The translations under genes and the position numbers were made by a program. A stretch of DNA of 64,000 bases from a virus. The stretch covers positions 1 through 64,000 of the IMG/VR virus record IMGVR_UViG_3300026457_000013. The stretch is one strand, 5' to 3'. Shown here piece by piece: positions 34,685 through 44,600 of this stretch. Numbering within the stretch: position 1 is the stretch's first letter; every line of letters starts with the position of its first letter. The notes beneath the pieces are model-generated. The model was given only the letters and a program-made list of their open reading frames with translations, was not told the DNA's origin and did no database searches.

Positions 34685-36685
34685 ATGGATATAAAAAACA
34701 AAGTACTCTATTTTGACAGCAAGTTTACTGCCAAGGCTGCCGGCGAGGACGATGACAGTATCATGATTGAAGGTTATGCTTCTACTAATGATCGGGATCG
34801 TCAAGGCGATGTAGTGCCAGCAGGAGTTTGGAAGTCAGGTATGGTAAACTACCTGAAGAATCCAATCATCTTAGCATATCATAATCACACAATGCCAATT
34901 GGCAAAATGGTTGATTATAAAGCTGATGAGCATGGACTGTGGATTAAAGCACAGATTCCCAGTGAAGTTGGCGATATTTACAAGTTGATCAAAAAGGGTA
35001 TATTAAGCGCATTTAGTATTGGGTTTAGGGTCAAAGATGCTGAGTATGAGCAGGCCAGTGAAACCTTTATGATTAAAGATCTAGAACTACACGAAATCAG
35101 TGTAGTTAGTGTACCTGCAAATCAAAACACACTATTTAGTTTAGCCAAGGCATTTGATAGTGCCCAAGAGTTCGAGTTATTTAAACAGCAATTTGCCGAT
35201 GTTAGCGAATCAGCTAAAGGGCTAGAGTCCTCTACAAACGCAAATAGCGAAACCAAAAAGGAATGGAACATGGATCCAAAAGAGTTAGAAAAATTATTGG
35301 CCGACGCTGCTGCTAAGGCTGCTGCTGAAACAGCACGTGCTGTTGTAGAGGCTCAAACTAAAGCTGCTGAAGAAGCGCAGCGTAAAGCTGATGAAGAAGC
35401 ACAGCTACAAGCTAAAATTAAGGCTGCTGTTAGCGCAGTTCAAACAGTTGACACAGGTGCAGAAAAGCTATTAGCTGAAGTTGAAAAGCGCTTAGCCGAG
35501 CAAGCTGACAGCCACAAGAGCGCCCTAGAAGGTCTAGAGAGTGCACTACGTGAAAAAGCTGCTGAGCTAGAAGCTATTCAAAAGAGCCGTATGCAGTTTA
35601 GTGATGTTAAGAGCAGCGACGGTGGTGCTACATACGCAGAAAAAGAAGCAGCTGTATTTATCAGCAAGATCACTAAAAAGCCTATCGAAGAAACCAAGTA
35701 TGCCAAGAGCCTAGTACAAAAGTACGCTAGTGGCGGTACAGCTGGTGCTGCTGGATCGGGTGGTGGAGCAGGTGGTGCAGTTCGCCTACCAGGTCAAGTT
35801 TGGGAACTAGAAGTTAGCACCAACATGGAAAACGAGATTCGTCGTCAGCTAGTTGTTGCTGGTACAATCCGTCAGATCAACATGCCACAGCCTTTCATGA
35901 AGCTGCCTATCAATCCAGATGCTGGTGCAGATGCAACCTGGGTAGCAAACAGTGATTTTGGTGCTGCAGCTAGCAGTGGTACAGCTCGCACACATGCGCT
36001 CAAAGACATTGAGATCAGCAGCGCTAAGCTAGCTACCAAAGAGTACATCGCCTTTGAAGAAGAGGAAGATGGTCTTATTGCCCTAGTACCTATCATCCGC
36101 GATGCAATCACACGTCGTATGGCTAAGACACTAGACAAGTCTATGCTCCTAGGTAATGACGTTGGTGCTACAACATATGCGGCTGGTATCAATGGTCTAG
36201 CATTTTATGATGGTAGCGCTACAAGCAGCCCAACAGTTGCAGTTGGTGGTACTGGAGCAACAGGATTTACATTTGCTAAATTCCAGGCTGCTCGTCGTGC
36301 ATTAGGTGTTTGGGGCTTAGAGCCTAGCGAATTAATCTGCTTTGTTAGCCAAGCAGCATATTATGATCTACTAGAAGATGCTACTTTCCAAAGCACAGAC
36401 AAGATTAGTGAGTCACGTAACACACTAATTACTGGTCAAGTTGGACTAATCGCCCAAACTCCAGTTGTTGTTAGTGCACAAATGACAGGTGCAGCTGCTA
36501 ACGATGCACTAGCCGTTATAGTTAACCCACGCAACTTTGTTGTTGGTAATCATCGTGCAATGCGTATTGACACAGATGACGAAGTTATCAATCAGCGTCG
36601 TGTTATCGTTGCTAGTATGCGTATCGCTATGAGCCGCTTAACAAGCAATGAAGGTAGTGGTGTTGTAACAGTTCGTTACGTTTAA
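34685..36685 (+). CDS. fused prohead protease + HK97-fold major capsid protein
   Basis: IEGYAST..DRQGD, LAYHNH, AFSIGF, EISVVSVPAN, then coiled-coil delta domain and capsid; internal RBS+ATG at 35270. Confidence 0.9.
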   Translation: MDIKNKVLYFDSKFTAKAAGEDDDSIMIEGYASTNDRDRQGDVVPAGVWKSGMVNYLKNPIILAYHNHTMPIGKMVDYKADEHGLWIKAQIPSEVGDIYKLIKKGILSAFSIGFRVKDAEYEQASETFMIKDLELHEISVVSVPANQNTLFSLAKAFDSAQEFELFKQQFADVSESAKGLESSTNANSETKKEWNMDPKELEKLLADAAAKAAAETARAVVEAQTKAAEEAQRKADEEAQLQAKIKAAVSAVQTVDTGAEKLLAEVEKRLAEQADSHKSALEGLESALREKAAELEAIQKSRMQFSDVKSSDGGATYAEKEAAVFISKITKKPIEETKYAKSLVQKYASGGTAGAAGSGGGAGGAVRLPGQVWELEVSTNMENEIRRQLVVAGTIRQINMPQPFMKLPINPDAGADATWVANSDFGAAASSGTARTHALKDIEISSAKLATKEYIAFEEEEDGLIALVPIIRDAITRRMAKTLDKSMLLGNDVGATTYAAGINGLAFYDGSATSSPTVAVGGTGATGFTFAKFQAARRALGVWGLEPSELICFVSQAAYYDLLEDATFQSTDKISESRNTLITGQVGLIAQTPVVVSAQMTGAAANDALAVIVNPRNFVVGNHRAMRIDTDDEVINQRRVIVASMRIAMSRLTSNEGSGVVTVRYV

Positions 36686-36761
36686 TTAAACTTAGGCAGG
36701 GTTCATACGAGCCCTGTCTCTAAAGCCTGATCTAGCAGGTTTTAGAGACACAGGAGGATTT

Positions 36762-37325
36762 ATGGCTGACCTAATTACTAGAACAGATTATAAAAAATAT
36801 CTTGGTATTACTACTAATAATAGGGACGCTGAAATTGACCTGCTAATTCCAAAAATTAGCCAGCTTATTAAAACCTATTGTCGCAGAACTTTTGTTGATT
36901 ATTATAACGATTTAAAAACAGAGGTTTATAATGGTGGATTCAATAAAATCCTATTACAAGAAACCCCTGTAGTAACTATAGATAGTTTTAGCATAAGCAC
37001 AGACTATGGTCAGACTTATACTGCCCTAACAGAGTTTACCGATTATGTACTAGACGGTGATATATTAGTTTCATTAAATTCATATGGTTTTCGCGAGTAT
37101 TTACGTGGTTATCAAATTGTATATTATGGTGGTTATGATACTGTACCAGAAGATTTACAATTAGCTGCATTTGATCTGCTAGAATATTATACAAAAAATA
37201 ACAGCGCTGTGCATGTAAATCGTGACGTAACTCCAAACGTAACGCAAATACAGTATGTTGCTAGTACAAATTTTCCAGCACATATTAAGCGGGTATTGGA
37301 TCAGTATATTGCGGATTATGCGTAA
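36762..37325 (+). CDS. head completion/head-tail adaptor
   Basis: IKTYCRR, Y.GGY..VPEDL.LA, FPAHIKRVLD. Confidence 0.8.
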   Translation: MADLITRTDYKKYLGITTNNRDAEIDLLIPKISQLIKTYCRRTFVDYYNDLKTEVYNGGFNKILLQETPVVTIDSFSISTDYGQTYTALTEFTDYVLDGDILVSLNSYGFREYLRGYQIVYYGGYDTVPEDLQLAAFDLLEYYTKNNSAVHVNRDVTPNVTQIQYVASTNFPAHIKRVLDQYIADYA

Positions 37326-38905
37326 TGAGTATAGCTCAGTTTTCACCAATACTGCGAGCGCGTATAATTGACATTTATGGTGATAAGAATAATAAAGTAG
37401 ACCTAGCTAGTTTTAAGAAATTAACTAGAAAAGAATTGTTTAAGGCAGTAATAGATACTAAGGATATTAGAAAGCGATTCCAAAGTAAAGATTACCATAC
37501 TTCTAGTTTAACGCTAGAAGGCATTACAGCACTAAATAGAAAATTAGTAGATAAACTAGAAGATGAAAAAACTAAAGAAATAGTTGCTAGTCTACTAAAT
37601 AACGATAATTTTTTTACTACATTTGTAGGTTATATAGAACAAACAGAAACAGTTAAAGAATATGGTGCTGGAGATTTTAGAATAGAAAAAGTACCTGAAA
37701 AGAAATTACGAGATTATTTTATACAGTTTATAAGTGATAAAATACCTGGACTACCTGCTGCAACATTACAATTACTCAAAGATAATGTTGAGAGTGGTCA
37801 CTTAGCTGGAATATTCTTTTTAAAAGCTAAAGTTGCGCTTGGTATACAAGCCAAGTTTAGTCAAGAAGTTAGTGCTACATATAGAGATTTTACTATTTCT
37901 ATGCCAGGTCTCGAAGATCAAACAGCTATAAATGCACTAGAAAGTGTACTAAAAGCTATTTTAGATGCGGATTTTTTAACCAGTAATTTAATTACAGAAT
38001 CCCAAGTATTTATAGATGCAGTAAAAAATGTTCTTGGTGATAATCCTAGTTTAATTACGGAGTTACAGTTTCAAGAAGATAATAAAAAAGCTGGAGATTT
38101 ATTACAACAAGCAGGGCGTCAATTAAATAATTTAATTAAAGCAGCTAGTGCTAGAGAGGAATCGGCCGCTGAAGCGGCAATCAGCAACTTAATAGCAACC
38201 TTAAAACCTGTAGTTCAAGAAATTTTAGCTAAAGCAGAAGAACTAAAATCTCCGCTAAGTGAGCAAGGTTTGTACGATCCAATTGTTAAAAATGCAAAAT
38301 TTTTAAGCGAGCAGTTAATTAATACGCCTGGCTCAATAACTATTAAAGATGGTATAGCTAAGCAAATAGGTGAAGTAATAAAAACAGGCAAATCTACTAA
38401 AACACAGTCTGTTAAAATAAAACCAAGACCTATTAAACAAAAACATAAAGAAGTGTTAGATATTAGTCAACCTGTTAAAGAGTTTAAGCAAGCAGCAGAT
38501 AAGCTAAAGCAAGCTATAAAAAAGACAAAAATGTCTGCTAATACTAGAGTTGTAGCCTCTAAAATTGCGGCTAAAGAAACTTCTTTAAAAACTTTACAAG
38601 AGTTATTATCAGCCCACCTTATCAAAACTGTAAAACAAAACATGGGTAACGGCAGTAGACGTGATGTACTAAACTTACGTAGCGGTAGATTTGCTGAAAG
38701 TGTAGTAGTAGAAAGACTAACTCAAAGTCGTGAGGGAATGATAACCGCATACTATAATTATATGCGTAATCCATATGCAACTTTTAGCGGTGGCGGCAAG
38801 CAGCAGTATCCTAGAAGCAGAGACCCTAAACTGCTAATAAGCAAAAGTATACGCCAACTAGCCACACAAGCTAAAATAACTAAGTTAAGGGCCGTATTAG
38901 TATGA
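37325..38905 (+). CDS. tail completion/neck protein (T5 p143-like C-terminus)
   Basis: LRSGRFAES...RDPKLLISKSIR. Confidence 0.65.
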   Translation: MSIAQFSPILRARIIDIYGDKNNKVDLASFKKLTRKELFKAVIDTKDIRKRFQSKDYHTSSLTLEGITALNRKLVDKLEDEKTKEIVASLLNNDNFFTTFVGYIEQTETVKEYGAGDFRIEKVPEKKLRDYFIQFISDKIPGLPAATLQLLKDNVESGHLAGIFFLKAKVALGIQAKFSQEVSATYRDFTISMPGLEDQTAINALESVLKAILDADFLTSNLITESQVFIDAVKNVLGDNPSLITELQFQEDNKKAGDLLQQAGRQLNNLIKAASAREESAAEAAISNLIATLKPVVQEILAKAEELKSPLSEQGLYDPIVKNAKFLSEQLINTPGSITIKDGIAKQIGEVIKTGKSTKTQSVKIKPRPIKQKHKEVLDISQPVKEFKQAADKLKQAIKKTKMSANTRVVASKIAAKETSLKTLQELLSAHLIKTVKQNMGNGSRRDVLNLRSGRFAESVVVERLTQSREGMITAYYNYMRNPYATFSGGGKQQYPRSRDPKLLISKSIRQLATQAKITKLRAVLV

Positions 38906-39342
38906 CAAAACGAACACAAATAGTAAGCGCCCTAGCTGAAAAATTTAAGATTATAGACGGTACAGCTCCTTATATAACAGACTTAAAAAATCAAAGCTTT
39001 GCCAAACTAAAATTCTGGGATGAGATTAATGACTTTCCTGGAGTATATTTAACACCAGGAACTGAATTGCGTGAATATCATCCTGCAGATTTTGCCTGGG
39101 GCATGCTTGGAGTATGTGTAAAAGTTTACTGTAAAAGTGAGGATAGTTCTCAAGAACAACTAGAGCAACTATTAGCTGATCTAGAAACTTGCATAGATGC
39201 AAATCGTCAATTAGTATATGATTCAACAAATGCTTATACAACAACAGAAATATTAATAGACTCAATAACTACGGACGAGGGCCTATTAGCTCCCTATGCA
39301 GTTGGCGAGATTAACTTACAGGTCAGATACCAGATTATGTAA
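38902..39342 (+). CDS. tail terminator protein
   Basis: RTQIV.AL, LKFWDEI.DFP, ITTDEGLLAPY.VGEI. Confidence 0.8.
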   Translation: MTKRTQIVSALAEKFKIIDGTAPYITDLKNQSFAKLKFWDEINDFPGVYLTPGTELREYHPADFAWGMLGVCVKVYCKSEDSSQEQLEQLLADLETCIDANRQLVYDSTNAYTTTEILIDSITTDEGLLAPYAVGEINLQVRYQIM

Positions 39343-39420
39343 GCAACCGTATTCATAAAGCCTGGTACAGATAAACGTCTAGTCAAGGCTAGCTGAATAC
39401 CCATAAAAAGGGATAAAAAC

Positions 39421-40668
39421 ATGAGTTTTAATTTACTTCGTAATAGTAGAGTGTTTTTTACTACTGCAGTAGGTGATACAGGTTCTGCTCTAGGAGTTAT
39501 TGGTGGAGCTCTAGCAGTTGGCGGTAATGCTGTAATTAGTAATACTAATACCCGTGAAATTCAAGTATTAGACGGTTTTGGGTTTAGTCAAAATACTACG
39601 TCGGAAACAGTTACACTAAATGAAACAGGTGCTGTACCTGTACGTGGACAGCGTACTTTCAACACACAGCTAGATCCTGTTGATTTTAACATGACTACTT
39701 ACATTCGTCCATATGACGACAACACTATTCTTACAGCTGAAGAAAGTGTATTGTGGAACGCAATGTTTGCTGTTGATCCAATTGGTGGAACTAATCCAGC
39801 TTGGACAAACGGTGATAGTACAGTTACTCCAGAAACTCCTGCCACTGTAGTAGCTACAAATAGTAACAAGCACCAGCTACAACGCTTTGGTTTAATTGTT
39901 ATTATGGACACAGCATGCTTTTTAATTGATGATTGTGTGTTAAACACAGCAACTATTGATTTCGGTATTGACGCTATTGCCAGCATTGCTTGGGCAGGAC
40001 AAGCTAAAGCAATTAGACCAGTTACCGGCCCAACAGCAATTGGTAGTGGCACATTTACTGGTAGTGGCATATTTAATGCTAGTACATTTACACAAAAGAT
40101 TACTACAGCTGCGTTTATTGCCAACAAGCTTAGCACCTTTACACTACAGGCAGGCCTGGGCAGTCCAGGAACACCCCCTGCTACAACTACCTATTACAAC
40201 CTACCCATTACTGGTGGTAACCTAACAATTAGCAACAACGTTAGTTACTTAACACCTGCTAACCTGGGTATTGTTAACAATCCAGTTACATATTTTGCTG
40301 GTACACGTGCAATTAGTGGTAGTGTTACAGCATATCTACGTAGTGGTAGTGCTACTGGTGCCAATAATACTAGCGACCCAAGCACTGGACGTAAACAAAC
40401 TATACAATTGCTACAAGATTTGCTAGCAGGTAGCAGTACCACAGTAGATCCTAGATTTTACATGAAACTTGTAATTGGTGGTTCTACCGCTAATGATCGT
40501 GTAGAAATCGAAATGCCTGGTGTAGTGCTTACTATTCCAACAGTTGCTACTGAGCAAGTTATTAGTACAACTATTAACTTTACGGCTCAAGGTACTGATA
40601 CAATTGGTGGCGTTCGCAACTTTGATCTTGAAGAAGCTAACGAAATTAACGTCAAATATTACGCATAA
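39421..40668 (+). CDS. major tail tube protein (T5 pb6-like)
   Basis: LLRNSRVF, EIQVLDGF.FSQ, TYIRPY, ITGGNLTI.NN..YLTP. Confidence 0.88.
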   Translation: MSFNLLRNSRVFFTTAVGDTGSALGVIGGALAVGGNAVISNTNTREIQVLDGFGFSQNTTSETVTLNETGAVPVRGQRTFNTQLDPVDFNMTTYIRPYDDNTILTAEESVLWNAMFAVDPIGGTNPAWTNGDSTVTPETPATVVATNSNKHQLQRFGLIVIMDTACFLIDDCVLNTATIDFGIDAIASIAWAGQAKAIRPVTGPTAIGSGTFTGSGIFNASTFTQKITTAAFIANKLSTFTLQAGLGSPGTPPATTTYYNLPITGGNLTISNNVSYLTPANLGIVNNPVTYFAGTRAISGSVTAYLRSGSATGANNTSDPSTGRKQTIQLLQDLLAGSSTTVDPRFYMKLVIGGSTANDRVEIEMPGVVLTIPTVATEQVISTTINFTAQGTDTIGGVRNFDLEEANEINVKYYA

Positions 40669-40720
40669 GTTTTATCAACCGAGACCGGTATAATGCCGGT
40701 CTCACTAACCTTAAAAACAA

Positions 40721-41137
40721 ATGGCAGATCTTAGTTTAAAATCTTTATTAGTACCCTCTAAAAGTGTTGAGGTAGAATATCCTGGTATGCCAGGTTTTAT
40801 TATTGATGTGGCTTTTTTAAGTCGTGAAACACTTATTAATATTCGCAAAAAAGCTACAAAAACTACGTTTAAAAATCGTCAACCTCAAGAAGAATTAAAT
40901 GACGATCTTTTCCTACAACTATATGTAGAAAATGCTGTAAAAGGCTGGCGTGGTTTAAAAATTAAATACTTAGAACAATTAGCACCTGTAGAAGTTGCAC
41001 ATCTTGACCAAGAAGATGAGCTAAACTTTACTAGTGAAAACGCACTATATTTAATGAAAAATAGTGGTAATTTTGATAGCTTTATTAGTGAGCAGGTTAC
41101 AGACCTGGGAAACTTTTCCAAGAACAGCTCCAAGTAG
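40721..41137 (+). CDS. tail assembly chaperone
   Basis: between tail tube and tape measure genes; VEYPGMPGF; slippery site near end. Confidence 0.8.
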   Translation: MADLSLKSLLVPSKSVEVEYPGMPGFIIDVAFLSRETLINIRKKATKTTFKNRQPQEELNDDLFLQLYVENAVKGWRGLKIKYLEQLAPVEVAHLDQEDELNFTSENALYLMKNSGNFDSFISEQVTDLGNFSKNSSK

Positions 41138-41508
41138 TCGAATCTCAGCTAGCCAATTATTTTGAAAATTTAATGGTTGGTGGCGTTACAAAAGAAATGT
41201 ATCTTGAGATGTGCTCTATGATGGGTTCAGAGCCTGTTGAAAGCGAAATTCCAGTTGAACTAGATGATATGCCACTAGAAGTGCAGCAAGCAATGTTAGT
41301 TTATCGTATGCTGCGTGATGAGTGGGAAGGTTTTAGTGGATCGTACCTAGGCAAAAGCTATATTGGACTAACAGAAATATTGCAGTATACAGAAATAGAG
41401 CCTAGTGATCACAAATTAATAGTTATGCTTATTAAAACGATTGATAGCATACGAAGCCAACAAATAGCTAAATATAGAGAACAAAAGAAGCCTGCTAGCA
41501 GTAGTTAG
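41107..41508 (+). CDS. tail chaperone -1 frameshift extension
   Basis: G GGA AAC heptamer at 41107-41113; -1 frame open to 41508. Confidence 0.75.
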   Translation, partial: GKLFQEQLQVVESQLANYFENLMVGGVTKEMYLEMCSMMGSEPVESEIPVELDDMPLEVQQAMLVYRMLRDEWEGFSGSYLGKSYIGLTEILQYTEIEPSDHKLIVMLIKTIDSIRSQQIAKYREQKKPASSS

Positions 41509-41568
41509 TAGGCTTTTTTATTACTAGAAATTTTTGCTATTGACATTTATTTACCCTTGTGCTATAAT
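41487..41568 (+). terminator. terminator followed by sigma70 promoter for tape measure operon
   Basis: AAGCCTGCTAGC...GTTAGTAGGCTTTTTT; TTGACA-17-TATAAT at 41540-41568. Confidence 0.7.
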
Positions 41569-41609
41569 TGGTGTAAATCTGTGCAAATCTTACTAAGCCT
41601 GGAGTAAAT

Positions 41610-44600
41610 ATGGCAGGTAATAAAATAAATATTGACTTAAGCGTTCAAGATCAGTCTAGTACTATAAAACAACGTACTAACGATGCCAAACAGCTTAATA
41701 ACGAGCTAGAAAAAGCTCAAAGATTGATGACCGGAACTAAATCTGGCAGTAGAGCTATGCGCGCAAGTTATGGTGGCGTGGCAGGTGGGGAGGTTGAGGA
41801 GTATAATCGTGCACGTGGTGCTGCTGGAGTAGGCGGTGCTAGCGCACGTGATTTTGCAGACCAAGCTCGTGGCCTTGGTGGGTTAGTAAGATTATATGCT
41901 ACCTATGCTGCTAATATATTTGCTGTTACCGCTGCATTTAGTGCACTGCGTGAAGCAATGCAAACAGATATTATGGTTAAGGGCTTGCAACAACTAAGTG
42001 CTGCTAGCGGCACTTCCATGGGCAGCTTAGCCAAACAGTTTAGTGACGTAACAGACGGGGCTATTAGTTTTCGCGAATCTATGCAAGCAACTGCTAAAGC
42101 AGTAAGCAGCGGATTATCTAGCTCACAGTTTATTGAATTAGGCAAAGTAGCTAAAGGTGCTAGTCAGGCATTGGGCTTAGATATGAGCGATGCTGTTAGC
42201 AGACTTACTCGCGGTATTACTAAGCTAGAACCTGAATTATTAGACGAACTTGGATTGTTTACAAAAACAGGTAAAGCTGCAGAAGAGTATGCTCGCAAAG
42301 TAGGTAAAACTGAAGCCCAGCTAACAGATTTTGAGCGTCGTCAAGCTTTTGCAAATGCTGTACTAGAAGAAGGACGTCAAAAATTTGGCGAAATAGCGCA
42401 AGCCGGTAATCCATATGATAAACTACTAGCACAATTAAAAGATGTTGCACAAAGTATACTAAGCACAGTTAATAGTATTATTACTCCTATAGCTAAATTA
42501 TTAGCAGACAATACTGGGCTTATAGGTGCAGCTATTGCACTAGCCGCTATAAAGATTACCAAGCAAGCTATACCAGCATTAACTAGCTGGCAAGCTGGAT
42601 TAAAGGACGCTGCAAAAGCTGCTAAAGATCGCATGGGCGATGTTAATGAAGCGTTTCAAGGGGTATTCTATAGTAAAACAGCTGCAGCTGCTGGAATACC
42701 TGAGTTAGAAAAACAGCTAAAAGCCGCACAGCAAAGCCTTACCAAATCTGTAACAGATAAGCGTACACTAGAAAGTAGTAGCTTTAAACAAGTAACTACT
42801 GCTAAAGAATTAAGCGATAAAGACCGATTAAAACTAGCAAAAGATATTGATAAATATGAAACTAGTACAGTAAAGCACAGACAAGATCAAGTTGCAGCTG
42901 CTAAAGAAGTATTGCGAATTGATAGTGAAATTAAAAATATTAGAAATCAACTTAATGCTGCCTATGATAAAACCAACGATCAAATGGATAAGCAAGCTAA
43001 GTTTGGTAGTGCTATTTGGCAACGTGAACAGCTGACCCGAGCTGCACGTCAACGTTATGCTGAGCTAGAAATACGTAGTCGTGTAGCAGAAAATGTTGAT
43101 ACAATGGGCGTACGCGGAGCTGTGCAGGAACTATACAAAGAAACCGCAGCTAGTAAAGATCTTAGCAAAATGGGTAAGTTTAAAACAGTTACGCTAGGTA
43201 CATTAGCCGCCGTAACTCGTGGTATAGAAATAGCTGCCAGTGCATTTAGCAGATTCTTTTTTGTAATTGGTGCAGCAGTTGCAGTATTTCAGGTGCTTGA
43301 TAGTATATTTAGTAAAAACAACGAGCAAACACAAGCACTAAATAAAAGCTTGGATATACTCAATGATACCACCCAAACAGCCAAAGATACTGCTGATAAG
43401 TATAAAGACAGTATTAGTGGCGATGCTATAATAGCTTTTAGTAATAGTCTAGACGAGTTAACACAATCACTAAAAAATGTTACTAAAGGATTCATAGAAG
43501 CACAAGAAGCTGCAGGATATTGGGATTTTATTTGGGATCGTATAAAAGATGTAACGCCATTTGTTGACAGTTTGCAAGAATCAACCTCAAAAAGCATTGG
43601 TAAAAGTTTAGTAGCAGCTATAAAAAGTGTACCTGAAGGCCCAATGCGAGACGAGCTTAGTCAAAAGTTCTTTAAAACACTAAAGCTGGGCGATACTGCA
43701 CTAGTTAATACAGAAACATTTACAAATGCACTAAAAGGCTTAGATGCAGAAACATATGGCAAAGTTATACAACAGCTTGGTGTGGATCAGGCCGGTGTTA
43801 ACGAAAAATTTAAAGAAAGCACTATTTATTTAAGAGACTTAGAATCTAGTACTGAAGCTGCTACAAAAGCTCAACAAGCTTTTAATAATAGTTTAAAGGA
43901 TACTAGTCCCGTAGCACAATTTTTTAGAACTAGTATTAGTCTTGCAGACACACTATCTAAAGCACTAAAACAAGTAGACTTTAATGCTCAATTAGGTGCA
44001 TTAGACAAACTGTCTAAAGTAGATCTAACAATTTTTGATCCTAGTGTAGCACTGGAAATAGCCAAGCAAGTAAATGCTTATAAAGATGCCGCGCCTAGAT
44101 ATAAAGAACTAACTAGTATCGCTGCTGATGCAGAAAAAGAAGTAGCTAGACTAAATCAAATGATAATTGATTCACAGATAATAGACCCGTTTACTGGTTT
44201 AGTTTATGTGGACCCTAAACTGCAAAAAAGTGTAAGTGAAGTTGAAGACACACTGAATAAGGCCAAAAAAGCCGCCGAAGATTTAAAAGAAAAAACTAAA
44301 CAAATAGCGAATGAAACACAGCTACTAATAGAAAAGAGTGTTGGAGCCACTATTGCTAGAAGTTTAGATGCGTTTAGTACAAAATTAAGACAAGCAGTTG
44401 TAGAACAGCAAAAATACATATTAAGTAAATTTCCAGTTAGTACTGAAGCAGGCATTCAGCTAAGCAATAAGTTAGCCAAAGAACAAATTGATCTAGACTT
44501 TAAATTGATAAACAGCCAAGAAATGCTTAGTGCTTCTCAAGATTTACTACGCATACAAATTCAGCGTCTAGCAGATATTGAAGAACTAAAAAATCTACCC

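Noticed and set aside
2649-44220. Telomere-like TTTAGGG repeats
   Set aside because: Never tandem; part of the dispersed 10-mer
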